A DNA stretch of 64,000 bases from Candidatus Magasanikbacteria bacterium RIFCSPHIGHO2_01_FULL_33_34 (GCA_001782825.1 MFPS01000007.1:20487-84486); one strand, 5' to 3'. Shown: positions 8,397 through 18,797, counted from the first letter of the stretch. Notes: generated by a model from the letters alone, not told the origin. Program-made: numbers and translations.

Positions 8397-8478
8397 TGGG
8401 CCGAGAAGGATTCGAACCTTCGAAGGCTGAGCCAGCGGATTTACAGTCCGCCCCAGTTGACCGCTTTGGTATCGACCC
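8397..8478 (-). tRNA. tRNA-Tyr (anticodon GUA), type II with long variable arm
   Basis: Acceptor GGGTCGA/TCGGCCC, anticodon stem GCGGA/TCCGC with loop CTGTAAA, long variable arm, T-arm GAAGG-TTCGAAT-CCTTC. Confidence 0.85.
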
Positions 8479-8733
8479 GTTTATAACTTTTTACAATTAA
8501 CAGTTAACATTTGACTAAGTGGAATGTAACTTTTTTATAAAACCACCTAATTGCTTAACTATACTTTCTGCATCTGACACTAATAATTTATATTCATCTA
8601 CTTCAATTATTTTTAAATCTGACATTATAATCCTTTTATAAAAAATTTTTGCCTGAACATACACTGGAAAATCCAAAAACCTAAACGTCACCATAGTTAA
8701 TTGTTAATTGTCAAATATCAATTGTTGTTGTAG

Positions 8734-8806
8734 AGCCACCTGTCGGATTCGAACCGACGACCTGCGGTTTACAAAACCGATGCTCTACCAACTGAGCTAA
8801 GGTGGC
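8734..8806 (-). tRNA. tRNA-Thr (anticodon UGU)
   Basis: Acceptor GCCACCT/AGGTGGC, D-arm GCTC-AGTTGGTA-GAGC, anticodon loop TTTGTAA, T-arm GTCGG-TTCGAAT-CCGAC. Confidence 0.8.
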
Positions 8807-8882
8807 GTATATTTAAAATAATCAAATTGACTTACATTTTAACAAATTATTCTAAAAAAAGCAAGAACCTACATGTTAGTAA

Positions 8883-9794
8883 TTAAATATTAGAAATTCT
8901 ATCCTTAAAAGCTGATAATTTATTATTTTCTGGATTTGTCATCCTAAGCTTTTCATACGCATCTAATGCTTTATCCTTCTCCCCTGTCATTATACTCAAC
9001 TCAGTAAGCATATCTAGATATTTTGGATTTTGTGGTTCCAACTCAATTGCTTGCTCAATTGCCACCAATCCTGTCTGATATTCTGCCATACTCTCAAGTA
9101 ACTCTGCTAATTTTGCAAATCTATTGGCATGGCTATCGTCAATCAATACTGATCTCTGATAATAATCAATAGCATTTTTATTATCACCCATTTCAATACT
9201 TAAATCACCCAAACTTATCAAAACATCACCATCATTTGGATTCAATTGCAATATAAATTCATACGTTTGCTTGGCTTGTTCAATTTGTTCTTGCTTCAAA
9301 TATACATCAGCCAATCCTCTATATGCTTCTACATTTTTTGCATCAATCCTAATTGCTGTTATATATTTGTTTTCAGCAGTTTCATAATCTCCATTATTCA
9401 TAGCAATATTACCATCATGAATCAATGAAAATAAATCCAATTTTTTCTTTTCCTTGTCCTCTTTTGTGTCTTTTGCTTCTTTTATTTCTACAACTTTTTT
9501 ATCTTCATGCTCAACACGAGTAGTCAATTTTGTCACATAATCTCTAAAACTAGTTTGTACTTTACCAAATTTTGCTGTAGCTGGCTTCAATTTATTGAGC
9601 CAATTCTTTTTAGATATTTCTGTATTTTCTTCTACTCTTTTTTTCAATACTTCATCTTTTTTTCTTCCAGCTTTTACTTCTGGTATATTATCAACATCCA
9701 AAACAGTCAACTGTGGAAATTTTCTCACAACTATAACAATAATAACCGCAAGCGGAACAATTATCAATACAAAAGAAAGTAAACTATAATTCAT
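8883..9794 (-). CDS. Tetratricopeptide-repeat protein with N-terminal TM anchor
   Basis: N-terminal hydrophobic helix, Lys/Glu-rich linker, then repeated A..Y..A/..G TPR-like motifs (AYRGLADVYLKQ, AIDYYQRSVLID). Confidence 0.6.
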   Translation of the reverse strand: MNYSLLSFVLIIVPLAVIIVIVVRKFPQLTVLDVDNIPEVKAGRKKDEVLKKRVEENTEISKKNWLNKLKPATAKFGKVQTSFRDYVTKLTTRVEHEDKKVVEIKEAKDTKEDKEKKKLDLFSLIHDGNIAMNNGDYETAENKYITAIRIDAKNVEAYRGLADVYLKQEQIEQAKQTYEFILQLNPNDGDVLISLGDLSIEMGDNKNAIDYYQRSVLIDDSHANRFAKLAELLESMAEYQTGLVAIEQAIELEPQNPKYLDMLTELSIMTGEKDKALDAYEKLRMTNPENNKLSAFKDRISNI

Positions 9795-9803
9795 AAATAT
9801 TTG

Positions 9804-10544
9804 CTATTTTTTATATTCAATATCCAAAATTTTCAAAAAATCATCGCTCTTGACAGATGCACCGCCAACCAACAATCCATCTATCATTTCATAATCCAAA
9901 TATGAAGTAGCATTATCAACATTAACACTACCACCATAAAGTATCTTCGCCTCACCCTTTATATAATTTTTAATTTCTAATTTTAACCACCCATGTATAT
10001 CATCTGCATCAGCCGGCAGACATGGTGTGCCAGTCCCTATTGCCCAAACTGGTTCATAAGCAAAAATAATATTCTCAGCATTTATATCAATACCTTCCAA
10101 TGCTTTCATCAATTGTTTTTTCAAACGATATTGAATTTTGTCCTCATCTCTATCTGCTTGTGTCTCACCAATACACAAAACCGGTATTAACCCTGCGTCC
10201 AATACTGCTTCAAGTTTTTTTCTAACAAGCTCATTAGTTTCACCAAAAATATGTCTTCTCTCAGAATGACCAACCAACACATACTTGCAACCAACATCAG
10301 CCAATATGTGTGCTGAAACTTCTCCAGTATAAGCCCCCTTTGAAACCCACGCACAATTCTGCGCACCGATATTTACCTTATTATTAAGTTTAGTACTAAC
10401 TTCCAAAAAAGATAATAAACTTGGAAAAACCGCTACTTCATAAGTATCATTTTTTTTAATTTTTTTTGATAATACATTTGCCAAATCAATAGATTCTTTG
10501 TGATCCAAATACATTTTCCAATTGCCAAATATATATTTTTTCAT
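9804..10544 (-). CDS. tpiA: Triosephosphate isomerase
   Basis: GNWKMY, GHSERR, AYEPVWAIGTG and GGSV motifs. Confidence 0.9.
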   Translation of the reverse strand: MKKYIFGNWKMYLDHKESIDLANVLSKKIKKNDTYEVAVFPSLLSFLEVSTKLNNKVNIGAQNCAWVSKGAYTGEVSAHILADVGCKYVLVGHSERRHIFGETNELVRKKLEAVLDAGLIPVLCIGETQADRDEDKIQYRLKKQLMKALEGIDINAENIIFAYEPVWAIGTGTPCLPADADDIHGWLKLEIKNYIKGEAKILYGGSVNVDNATSYLDYEMIDGLLVGGASVKSDDFLKILDIEYKK

Positions 10545-10555
10545 ATTAATTTGTA

Positions 10556-11812
10556 TTAAAAAATTACTTGTGAAGCATCCACGTCCCCGATAATTGCTAC
10601 TCTCATCTTGTTTGTATTATAAACCTTTTTAGCCAGTTTTTGAATCTGATCTTGAGTAACACCTTCGGTTTCCTTTAATAATTCTTCGGGCGACTTTATC
10701 TTGCGCGCAAATAATGCTTGTTTGGCATAAAAACTAGCTACTGTGCTAGAATTCTCCATTGCCAAACTCATTCTACCTCTAAAATTAGTTTTTGCATCTT
10801 TTAATTCTTGATCAGTCACACCCTTGTCTATCAATTTTTCCAATTCTTGTTTAACCACTACAATCGCTTTATTTATATTTTTTGCCTCAAGTCCTGCGCT
10901 AATATGCATATACCCCGTATCACGAAAATTCTCCGTACCACTGCTAATACTATATGCCAAACCCCGTCTTTCACGAATCTGAATAAACAAACGAGAGCTC
11001 ATAGATCCACCCAAAATATTATTCATTACCGAAGCTATAGGATTTTGATTATCATTGTATTCAAAACCTGGAAATCCCAAAATCATCTGGACTTGATCTG
11101 TACTCTTTCTTTCAACTTTCAATCTACTATCTCGAGCATCGTCTCCATAACCAAATGGCTTAAATGATTTTGAAGGTTTGAATTGACTCTTTTCTTGGCC
11201 AAAATATTTTTCAATAAGTTTTTTTATATTTTCATTTATATGCCCGGCTACCACAACGGTTGCATTGCTTGGATCATAATATTTTTTCTTGTATGCAAGT
11301 ACATCTGTACGCTCAAAATTCATAACATTTTCTTCAGTACCACCAATATCCCAACCCAATGGACCACTATACATCAATTCCTCAAATACATTATCAATAT
11401 TCATAATCGGATTATCTTTGTACATCCTCAATTCTTCAACTATTACCGGCTTTTCTCTTTCCATTTCTTTAGGATCAAAAATAGAATTGTACAACATATC
11501 AGACAATATATCTAAACTCTTTTCAACATAATTACAATCTGTTTTTATATAGTATCCAGTATTTTCTTTACTAGTAAAAGCATTATATTCAGCCCCCAAT
11601 CTATCAATCTCACGAGTCAAAATTAAAGTATTTTTTCTCTTCTTTGTACCTTTAAACATAAGGTGTTCAATATAATGAGAAACACCATTCATTTTTTTTG
11701 ATTCATATCGTGACCCAACTGGATATACTACCAAAACAGTTACAGAATGAGTATTGTCCTGTGGTATCAAAACAATATTAGCCTTATTATCCAACTGATA
11801 TAATTCATGCAT
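10556..11812 (-). CDS. M16-family zinc metallopeptidase (insulinase-like)
   Basis: Inverted zincin motif HYIEHLMFKGT (HxxEH) near the N-terminus; ~420 aa, the typical M16 length. Confidence 0.75.
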   Translation of the reverse strand: MHELYQLDNKANIVLIPQDNTHSVTVLVVYPVGSRYESKKMNGVSHYIEHLMFKGTKKRKNTLILTREIDRLGAEYNAFTSKENTGYYIKTDCNYVEKSLDILSDMLYNSIFDPKEMEREKPVIVEELRMYKDNPIMNIDNVFEELMYSGPLGWDIGGTEENVMNFERTDVLAYKKKYYDPSNATVVVAGHINENIKKLIEKYFGQEKSQFKPSKSFKPFGYGDDARDSRLKVERKSTDQVQMILGFPGFEYNDNQNPIASVMNNILGGSMSSRLFIQIRERRGLAYSISSGTENFRDTGYMHISAGLEAKNINKAIVVVKQELEKLIDKGVTDQELKDAKTNFRGRMSLAMENSSTVASFYAKQALFARKIKSPEELLKETEGVTQDQIQKLAKKVYNTNKMRVAIIGDVDASQVIF

Positions 11813-11815
11813 ATA

Positions 11816-13183
11816 TTATTTGAATTTTTCTAATAAATAAACTTCCAATTCTTCAATTGCAATTCGCTCTTGCGCCATAGTATCACGATCACGTATAGTC
11901 ACCATTTTGTCTTCCAATGAATCAAAGTCAACTGTTACACAATAAGGCGTACCAATCTCGTCTTGTCTACGATAACGCTTGCCAATACTACCGGTTTCAT
12001 CATATTGTGTCATGAAATTTTTCCTTATCTTATCTTGGATTTCATGAGTAAGGTTTTGTAAAGGTTCTTTTTTACTCAGTGGCAAAAAAGCAACTTTAAT
12101 CGGTGCAAGTCTCTTGTCTAAACGCAAAACCACTTCTTTTTCATGTTTAGATTTGTCTTCACCACTTCGTGTCTCCACTTCCTCATAAGCATTCAACAAA
12201 AATGCCAAAGTCGCCCGATCAGCCCCATCTGATGTTTCAATAATATATGGAGTATATTCTTCGCCAGTTTCTTGATCTTTGTATTTTAAATTTTGTCCAC
12301 TAAATTTTTCATGCTGAGTCAAATCCCATTCACCACGATTGTGAATACCAGCCAACTCTTTAAATCCCATACCAGGATAATCAAACTCAATATCCCAAGC
12401 CTCTTTGGCATAATGAGCAAGTTCGTCCCCTTCGTGTTCGTGAAAACGAAGACTTTCTTTCTTTATTCCATAATCAATATACCATTGTATTCGCGCTTCT
12501 TTCCATTCTTTAAAAATCTTTTTTGCATCAGATGGATGCACAAAATATTGTTGCTCCATTTGTTCAAACTCACGCGTTCTAAATGTAAAATTTCCTGGTG
12601 TTATTTCATTTCTAAACGCCTTACCAATTTGTGCCACTCCAAATGGCATTTTTTTTCTCATTGACTGAGAAATATTCAAAAAATTAACATAAATTCCTTG
12701 GCAAGTTTCTGGGCGTAAATATATTTCATTACCGTCACCTTCTACTGCTCCCATTTGTGTTTTGAACATCAAATTAAACCGTCTGATATCAGTTAATTCT
12801 CCACTACAATCTGGACATTTTGATTCATTTTTGTGACCAGGGGTAAAATCAGGCTTCATACCATTGGCCTGAAGTATATGATCAGCTCGCCAACGTTTCT
12901 TGCATTTTTTACAATCTACCAATGGATCAGTAAAATTAGCCAGATGACCACTAGCTTCCCATATTTTTGGGTGCATCAAAATTGAGCTATCAAGCCCAAC
13001 CACATCATCTCTCTCTTGAACCATAGATTTCCACCAAGCTTTTTTTACATTGTTTTTCAATTCAACTCCAAGAGGGCCGTAATCATAACAAGATGAAAGG
13101 CCACCATAAATTTCAGATGATTGAAAAATAAAACCACGCCTCTTGGCTAAACCTACAATATGTTCTAATGATTCTTGTTTCAT
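11816..13183 (-). CDS. glyQS: Glycine--tRNA ligase (dimeric class II GlyQS type)
   Basis: 455 aa; N-terminus RRGFIFQSSEIYGGLSSCYDYGPLGVELKNN and class II motifs. A Gly-specific T-box lies immediately upstream. Confidence 0.85.
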   Translation of the reverse strand: MKQESLEHIVGLAKRRGFIFQSSEIYGGLSSCYDYGPLGVELKNNVKKAWWKSMVQERDDVVGLDSSILMHPKIWEASGHLANFTDPLVDCKKCKKRWRADHILQANGMKPDFTPGHKNESKCPDCSGELTDIRRFNLMFKTQMGAVEGDGNEIYLRPETCQGIYVNFLNISQSMRKKMPFGVAQIGKAFRNEITPGNFTFRTREFEQMEQQYFVHPSDAKKIFKEWKEARIQWYIDYGIKKESLRFHEHEGDELAHYAKEAWDIEFDYPGMGFKELAGIHNRGEWDLTQHEKFSGQNLKYKDQETGEEYTPYIIETSDGADRATLAFLLNAYEEVETRSGEDKSKHEKEVVLRLDKRLAPIKVAFLPLSKKEPLQNLTHEIQDKIRKNFMTQYDETGSIGKRYRRQDEIGTPYCVTVDFDSLEDKMVTIRDRDTMAQERIAIEELEVYLLEKFK

Positions 13184-13199
13184 ATTATTAAATATTATA

Positions 13200-13362
13200 G
13201 CAAATTTTAGTAAAAAGAAAAAGACCTTTTGTTTAGGTCTTGGGTCCCATTAATTTGGGAGGTTCCACCCAAGTTTCTTGTCAAACAACAAGACACTTTT
13301 TGATTTTTGTACTAATTCCGAAAGCGCCACCTTTCATCAATATTAGTCTCTATATATTATCC
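13200..13362 (-). promoter_or_regulatory. T-box riboswitch leader (glycine specifier) of glyQS
   Basis: Minus strand: AGAGA box; GGC within GGUGGCGC specifier region; CUUGGG-[UGGAACC bulge]-UCCCAaauuaaUGGGA-CCCAAG antiterminator; competing AAGACC-uaaacaaaa-GGUCUU + U-tract terminator. Confidence 0.65.
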
Positions 13363-13809
13363 TCATTTTGCCTCTGTGTCAAGCAAAATAGTTACTGGTC
13401 CATCATTTAGTAATCCCACTTCCATATTTGCGCCAAATTCCCCTGTTTCTACTTTTATACCCTTATCTCTCAACTTTTGTACAAAATAATTATACAAATT
13501 TTCTGCTTTCTCTCCTGATGCGGCAGCCATAAAACTTGGTCTATTTCCTTTGGTAGAGTCCGCATACAAAGTAAATTGCGAGACTACCAAAATCTGCCCA
13601 CCAATATCTAATAAACTTTCATTCATCTTTCCATCAATATCATCAAAAATCCTCATCTTTATAATTTTTTCTACCAAATAATCAGCCTGATTCTCTTTAT
13701 CATTCTGACCTACCCCAACAAACAACAATAATCCGCCAGAGATTTCTCCGACGGATTTATTATTTACTTTTACAGACACATTCTTTACTCTTTGCAAAAC
13801 CACTCGCAT
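13363..13809 (-). CDS. dtd: D-aminoacyl-tRNA deacylase
   Basis: MRVVLQRV start, SQFTLYAD and NDGPVT motifs; 148 aa. Confidence 0.85.
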   Translation of the reverse strand: MRVVLQRVKNVSVKVNNKSVGEISGGLLLFVGVGQNDKENQADYLVEKIIKMRIFDDIDGKMNESLLDIGGQILVVSQFTLYADSTKGNRPSFMAAASGEKAENLYNYFVQKLRDKGIKVETGEFGANMEVGLLNDGPVTILLDTEAK

Positions 13810-13810
13810 A

Positions 13811-14359
13811 TTAGACTGTGTTTATTTCTTTTTCTTTTTCTTCGCCAATTTCTTTTATCTTTTCATTATATTCTTTGACAATCTTTTCCAATGCATCAAT
13901 ATTTTTATACCTTTCATCTTCTGTTATATCTTTTGCTTTTTCACCATCCTCAATACCTTTTTTAATCTCATCACGAATTTGTCTGACTGATATTCTTGCA
14001 ATTTCCAATTTTTGATGTAAAACTTTTATTAATTCAACCCTTCTATCTTGTGTCAAATCAGGTAAAGGCAAACGCAAAAGCTTACCATCATTTACTGCAT
14101 TAACACCAATTTGTGATTTGTTAATAGCCACTTCAATAGCTTGCAAAACTGATTTGTCCCATGGTTCCACAGTCAATGTTTTAGCATCGGCTACCGAAAT
14201 TGAAGCCAAAGATTTCAAAGGTTGCTTGACACCATAAGCCTCTACTGTGATATCTTCAACCAATGCTGGTGTTGCCCTGCCAGTTCTCAATGTTGATAAT
14301 TCTCCTTTAAAGTGTTCTATCACTTTACTAAATTGTTCATTATAATTTTCTGATAACAT
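13811..14359 (-). CDS. frr: Ribosome recycling factor
   Basis: 182 aa; RRF-like sequence with the conserved Arg/Lys-rich coiled region. Confidence 0.85.
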   Translation of the reverse strand: MLSENYNEQFSKVIEHFKGELSTLRTGRATPALVEDITVEAYGVKQPLKSLASISVADAKTLTVEPWDKSVLQAIEVAINKSQIGVNAVNDGKLLRLPLPDLTQDRRVELIKVLHQKLEIARISVRQIRDEIKKGIEDGEKAKDITEDERYKNIDALEKIVKEYNEKIKEIGEEKEKEINTV

Positions 14360-14369
14360 ATTTTATTAA

Positions 14370-15464
14370 TTATTTCTTTTGTGGTATTTTTGTAAACCCT
14401 AGATACAAAACATTGTCTTTGTCTGGGTGCATATATAATATTGAAGGCAATTGATTTGAAGGTAATTTATTGGTTATCCAATTTTTTCCTCCATCAACTG
14501 ATTTGTAAAAAGTTGATCTATTGCCCACTGTAGCCGTATAATAAATCTCATCAACATTTTTTGGACTCACATAAAATCCAAAAATGTGTGTACTGCCTGC
14601 TGGGGTTATTAATTCAACCGGTTGCCAAGAATCTCCACTATCAGTGGAATATAATATACCAAAAGTAGAAATCCAATACAATCTACCTGCCACTTCTGGA
14701 TGTAAAACAAATCTTCTAAATGCATAAGCCTCTCTATATTCTTTCATAGTGACTTTCAATGACTCCCAATTTGCACCCGCATCCTTTGACCTCATCATAC
14801 CTTGAGATTTGGTAATAATATAAAAGACATCTTTTTGTAATTTGTCAGCCACTATATCCACCAATTCTATTTTTGGAAATCTCTGTAATGTATGCCAGCT
14901 TGTTCCATTGTCTGTACTTTCAATTAAGTCTCCATTATTTAATACTGCAAGTACTTGATTTGATACAAAAGGATTAACAGTAATAGAAACTATACGAGTA
15001 TTTGCACGAGACTCCCGATACAACTCAATCCATGATCTATTACAATCATCAGACTTGAGTATTTTACTTCCATTTGAAACATAAATACCACACTTATTTT
15101 CTGGATCAACTGCAATAGCATAAACTGCGCCTTTCTTCAAATCGCCCTCTGGCTGTTGCCAACTAGCACCTTCATCATATGAATAAAAAAATCCATTATC
15201 CGGAGTTGCCCAATAAAGTGCTGACGCATCCTGAGGATCTGTAAATATTTTGTACACATCAACTGTGGAAATATTTTTTACGCCTGCAATTGTTGGCAAA
15301 AGTGAGATTTGTTTCCAATTCACCCCTTTATCTTCTGATAAAAACATACCAGCTGGTCCTTGTGGCACCTCAACATTTTGAGCACCACCAAAAGAAACAC
15401 AACCAGCACCAACCAATGCAATTGTGATTGATATCAAACCCAGATACAATGAAATTTTCTTCAT
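14370..15464 (-). CDS. Lipoprotein with BNR/Ycf48-like beta-propeller repeats
   Basis: Lipobox LVGAGC at the N-terminus; repeated S-x-D-x-G-x-x-W motifs (DKGVNW, DEGASW, DNGTSW, DSGDSW, DGGKNW). Confidence 0.6.
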   Translation of the reverse strand: MKKISLYLGLISITIALVGAGCVSFGGAQNVEVPQGPAGMFLSEDKGVNWKQISLLPTIAGVKNISTVDVYKIFTDPQDASALYWATPDNGFFYSYDEGASWQQPEGDLKKGAVYAIAVDPENKCGIYVSNGSKILKSDDCNRSWIELYRESRANTRIVSITVNPFVSNQVLAVLNNGDLIESTDNGTSWHTLQRFPKIELVDIVADKLQKDVFYIITKSQGMMRSKDAGANWESLKVTMKEYREAYAFRRFVLHPEVAGRLYWISTFGILYSTDSGDSWQPVELITPAGSTHIFGFYVSPKNVDEIYYTATVGNRSTFYKSVDGGKNWITNKLPSNQLPSILYMHPDKDNVLYLGFTKIPQKK

Positions 15465-15500
15465 ATAATTTACAGAATTACTTTTTAAAAATAAATTTAT

Positions 15501-16436
15501 TTAAGGAATATCTAATAAAATTTGTTCTACTAAAATACGTGGATGGATATTATTTTCTAACTGAATTCTTGCATTACCCAATTTATTCATTATTTTTAAT
15601 ATAGTTTTATCACAAACTTTCAATTTTAATTTTGTCTCAATCAAACCATTGTTACTATGCAATAAACCTCTCAATACATTTTGCCAAATATTCAACCCTA
15701 TAATCAAATTTTCTCTGGCAACTATATGATCAACTTTATCTCCAAAAATATCCTCAATCTTTTCTAATTTTTCATAAAATGGTCTATTGAACAATGTTAT
15801 AAATCTAACTATTTCTTTTTTGTATTCTTCAAAACTTTCATTATTCATCATCCAATTTATAGCAAGCCCCGGCAAGCCACCACTCAATCTGACTATCTGA
15901 TCCACCAAATTTTCATTACCACCCATATCCAAAAGTTTATTTTTGATAAGTTGCTTACTCACAATATTGAAATTAATTATCTGGCATCGAGATTGAATAG
16001 TGGGTAAAAGTAATTCGTAATTTCTAGTTATTATAAATAATACTGTTTTTCCTTTTGGTTCCTCCAATGTTTTTAATATAACATTTGCAGAATTATTGTT
16101 CAATTTTTCAGCATTGTTAATAATTGCCACTTTATAACCTGCCAAAAAACCCTTTTGGCTCAAAAAAATTCTCAAATCTCTTATCTGCTCAACATCTATA
16201 TTTTTTTTTAATTTATCTGTGTTTTTATTTATCTCTTGATCTACCACAATGTAATCTGGTTGTGTTGTCAATTTTTCTACTTCTACTCCAAAAAGTTTAG
16301 CAGCTATATTTTCTGCAACCAATTTTTTACCCAAATGATCTGGTCCAGAAAAAATATAAGCATGGCTCAAATTATCAGTTTCAACCACTTTATCAAAATA
16401 ATTCAATATTTTATCATGTCCAATAACACTAATCAT
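15501..16436 (-). CDS. holB: DNA polymerase III delta-prime subunit
   Basis: AAA+-like N-terminus HAYIFSGPDHLGKKLVAENIAAKLFG and an SRC-like region (TIQSRCQIINF). Confidence 0.7.
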   Translation of the reverse strand: MISVIGHDKILNYFDKVVETDNLSHAYIFSGPDHLGKKLVAENIAAKLFGVEVEKLTTQPDYIVVDQEINKNTDKLKKNIDVEQIRDLRIFLSQKGFLAGYKVAIINNAEKLNNNSANVILKTLEEPKGKTVLFIITRNYELLLPTIQSRCQIINFNIVSKQLIKNKLLDMGGNENLVDQIVRLSGGLPGLAINWMMNNESFEEYKKEIVRFITLFNRPFYEKLEKIEDIFGDKVDHIVARENLIIGLNIWQNVLRGLLHSNNGLIETKLKLKVCDKTILKIMNKLGNARIQLENNIHPRILVEQILLDIP

Positions 16437-16453
16437 AGCAAAATTATATCACA

Positions 16454-17605
16454 TTAAGCGCTCATCAACAACACCAATGTTTCTTCTGCACATTTATCCC
16501 AAGAAAAATCCTTCACCCTAACCATTCCTTTTTGAATTTGTTTTTTGCAAATATCAGTATTATCTAACAAGGTTGAAATTGTTTTTGCTATATCCCACAC
16601 ATCTTGTGGATCTACATAAAGACATGCATCTGAACCAATTTCTTCCAGACTTGAACCACTCGACGCAACTACCGAAACACCACTCGCCATTGCATCCAAA
16701 ACTGGCAAACCAAAACCTTCACACAATGATGGAAATACAAACACCTCTGCGCCTTTGAGAATATATCTCAAATCTTCTGGCTCAACATAACCTGGGGAAA
16801 TTATTTTTTCCTTATATTGACTTTTGTTTATTGTTTTCAAAATATCATTGTAACCATAACCAGGCAAACCTACCAATACCAAACTCATTTCACCAACTTT
16901 AGTTTTTTGGGCAATATGATTAAAGGCTTGAACAATTCTCTTGGTATTTTTCTTTTCCTCCAATCGTCCGATACTCAAAATATATGGCTGTTTTATATTA
17001 TATTTTTTTAAAATGTTTGCAATATTTTCATCACCATTTACAATATTATATCTCTCATCATAACCATGATACAAAACTTTTATTTTACTAGCATACTGCT
17101 CAGTCTTCAAGCTCAATAACTCATTTTTTGTAAAATTACTTGGCACAATAATCTTCCATAATTTTTTTAAAGCAATTTTTGCTGACCAGATAGTATAAAA
17201 TCTTTGAAAAACACTATAACTCTTGGGAAATCGCAAAGCAGCAATATCATGAATTGTCATAACAGTTTTTCTAGGTCTAACAATTGGAAACACATGAGCA
17301 GGTACAAAAAGAACATCTGGTGGATTAATCAACATTTCATAACTCAATCTTATTTGTGTCCAAAAACGTTTTGGTGGCCAATATAAAACTTTTGAACTCC
17401 AGTTTGATGGTAACTCTGCTATCTCTCCTTCCAACTTTTCTCTTGAATATAAAACAAACTGAACATCTTTACCAGTTTGTGAAGAAATATTTATTTTTTT
17501 TAAATTTTGTATTAAATGCCACGCATACCATTCCACTCCAGTCTTATTTTTATTATTTGCACGCGACGCATCAATGCCAATTGTTAGTTTATAGTTCATA
17601 GCCAA
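16454..17605 (-). CDS. Glycosyltransferase family 4 (GT-B, retaining)
   Basis: C-terminal EX7E-type motif FVFPSLCEGFGLPVLDAMASGVSVV. Confidence 0.75.
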   Translation of the reverse strand: MAMNYKLTIGIDASRANNKNKTGVEWYAWHLIQNLKKINISSQTGKDVQFVLYSREKLEGEIAELPSNWSSKVLYWPPKRFWTQIRLSYEMLINPPDVLFVPAHVFPIVRPRKTVMTIHDIAALRFPKSYSVFQRFYTIWSAKIALKKLWKIIVPSNFTKNELLSLKTEQYASKIKVLYHGYDERYNIVNGDENIANILKKYNIKQPYILSIGRLEEKKNTKRIVQAFNHIAQKTKVGEMSLVLVGLPGYGYNDILKTINKSQYKEKIISPGYVEPEDLRYILKGAEVFVFPSLCEGFGLPVLDAMASGVSVVASSGSSLEEIGSDACLYVDPQDVWDIAKTISTLLDNTDICKKQIQKGMVRVKDFSWDKCAEETLVLLMSA

Positions 17606-17679
17606 TAGCCAATAGCCTGTGATTTAATTATTATATTTCCTAATTATAAATCTATTAGCTCCGAACTATTGGCTCCGAA

Positions 17680-18687
17680 CTATTTTGTGGCCATTATACT
17701 CCTCTTGTAACTATCTAAATTTTCTAAGGCAATACCAGTTCCTTTTGCTACACAAAGCAATGGTTCATCTGCTACATAACATGGTACACCTGTAGCTTGT
17801 GCAATTAACTCATCCAAATTACGAAGCTGACTTGAACCACCAGACATTATTATCCCCTTGTCCATTACATCAGCTGATAATTCAGGTGGTGTTTTATACA
17901 AAACTTCTTTGACTGCTTCTATCAACCCTTCCATATCATGTTGTAAAGCCTCTGTAGTATCATCTGAAGAAACTAATAATGTTCTTGGTAATCCTGATAT
18001 AACATCTCGTCCTTTTACTTCCAAAGTTAAAGGCCTATCAATAAACATAGCTGATCCAACTTTGATTTTTATGTCTTCGGATGTTCTGTCTCCCACAGCT
18101 AAACCATGTTTGCGTCTAATATATTCTGCAATAGAAGCATCAAATCTGGTTCCACCGATTCGTACTGATCCACATGAAACAATCCCACCCAAAGAAATCA
18201 CGGCTATTTCTGCAGTCCCTCCACCAATATCAATTATCATATGACCAGATGCAGATCCAATTGGAATATCAGCCCCAATCGCCGCAACAATCGGTTCTTT
18301 GATTATATAAGCAGCTCGTGCACCAGCTGCCATCGCTGCATCAATCACAGCTCGGCGCTCAGTTGATGTAATACCAGCCGGTACAGCAATCATAACTTCA
18401 GGCCTAAAAAGACGAAAACCACCAAGCGCTTTGTTTATAAAATAACGCAACATTGCTTCAGTTGTATGATAATTTGCAATTACACCATCTTTTAAAGGTC
18501 GTTCTGCTATAATCGTATCTGGTGTTCTACCAATCATATCTTTTGCTTCAATCCCCACAGCCAACACCTTCTTGTCTTCCTTAGAAATAGCCACAACTGA
18601 TGGTTCATTAATCACAATACCCCGCTTTGGCACATGAACCAAAACATTAGTCGTACCCAAATCAATTGCAACTTTTTTAATCCACAT
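17680..18687 (-). CDS. mreB: Rod-shape-determining actin homologue MreB
   Basis: 335 aa; IDLGTTNVLVHV...NEPSVVAI phosphate-1 motif and DIGGGTAEIAVISLGG phosphate-2 motif. Confidence 0.85.
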   Translation of the reverse strand: MWIKKVAIDLGTTNVLVHVPKRGIVINEPSVVAISKEDKKVLAVGIEAKDMIGRTPDTIIAERPLKDGVIANYHTTEAMLRYFINKALGGFRLFRPEVMIAVPAGITSTERRAVIDAAMAAGARAAYIIKEPIVAAIGADIPIGSASGHMIIDIGGGTAEIAVISLGGIVSCGSVRIGGTRFDASIAEYIRRKHGLAVGDRTSEDIKIKVGSAMFIDRPLTLEVKGRDVISGLPRTLLVSSDDTTEALQHDMEGLIEAVKEVLYKTPPELSADVMDKGIIMSGGSSQLRNLDELIAQATGVPCYVADEPLLCVAKGTGIALENLDSYKRSIMATK

Positions 18688-18797
18688 ACATTATATCTAA
18701 AAACTAAATCAATTAAAGTTTTAACCTATCTACATTATAACAATACAACCTAATAGTCAAACCAAATGAACAATAAAATTGTTCTTTACTTAATATA

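Noticed and set aside
8479-8733. Small ORF (~33 aa) between tRNA-Tyr and tRNA-Thr
   Set aside because: Too short, no RBS, and it lies in an A/T-rich promoter-like spacer with ttaattg repeats. It is more likely tRNA promoter sequence.
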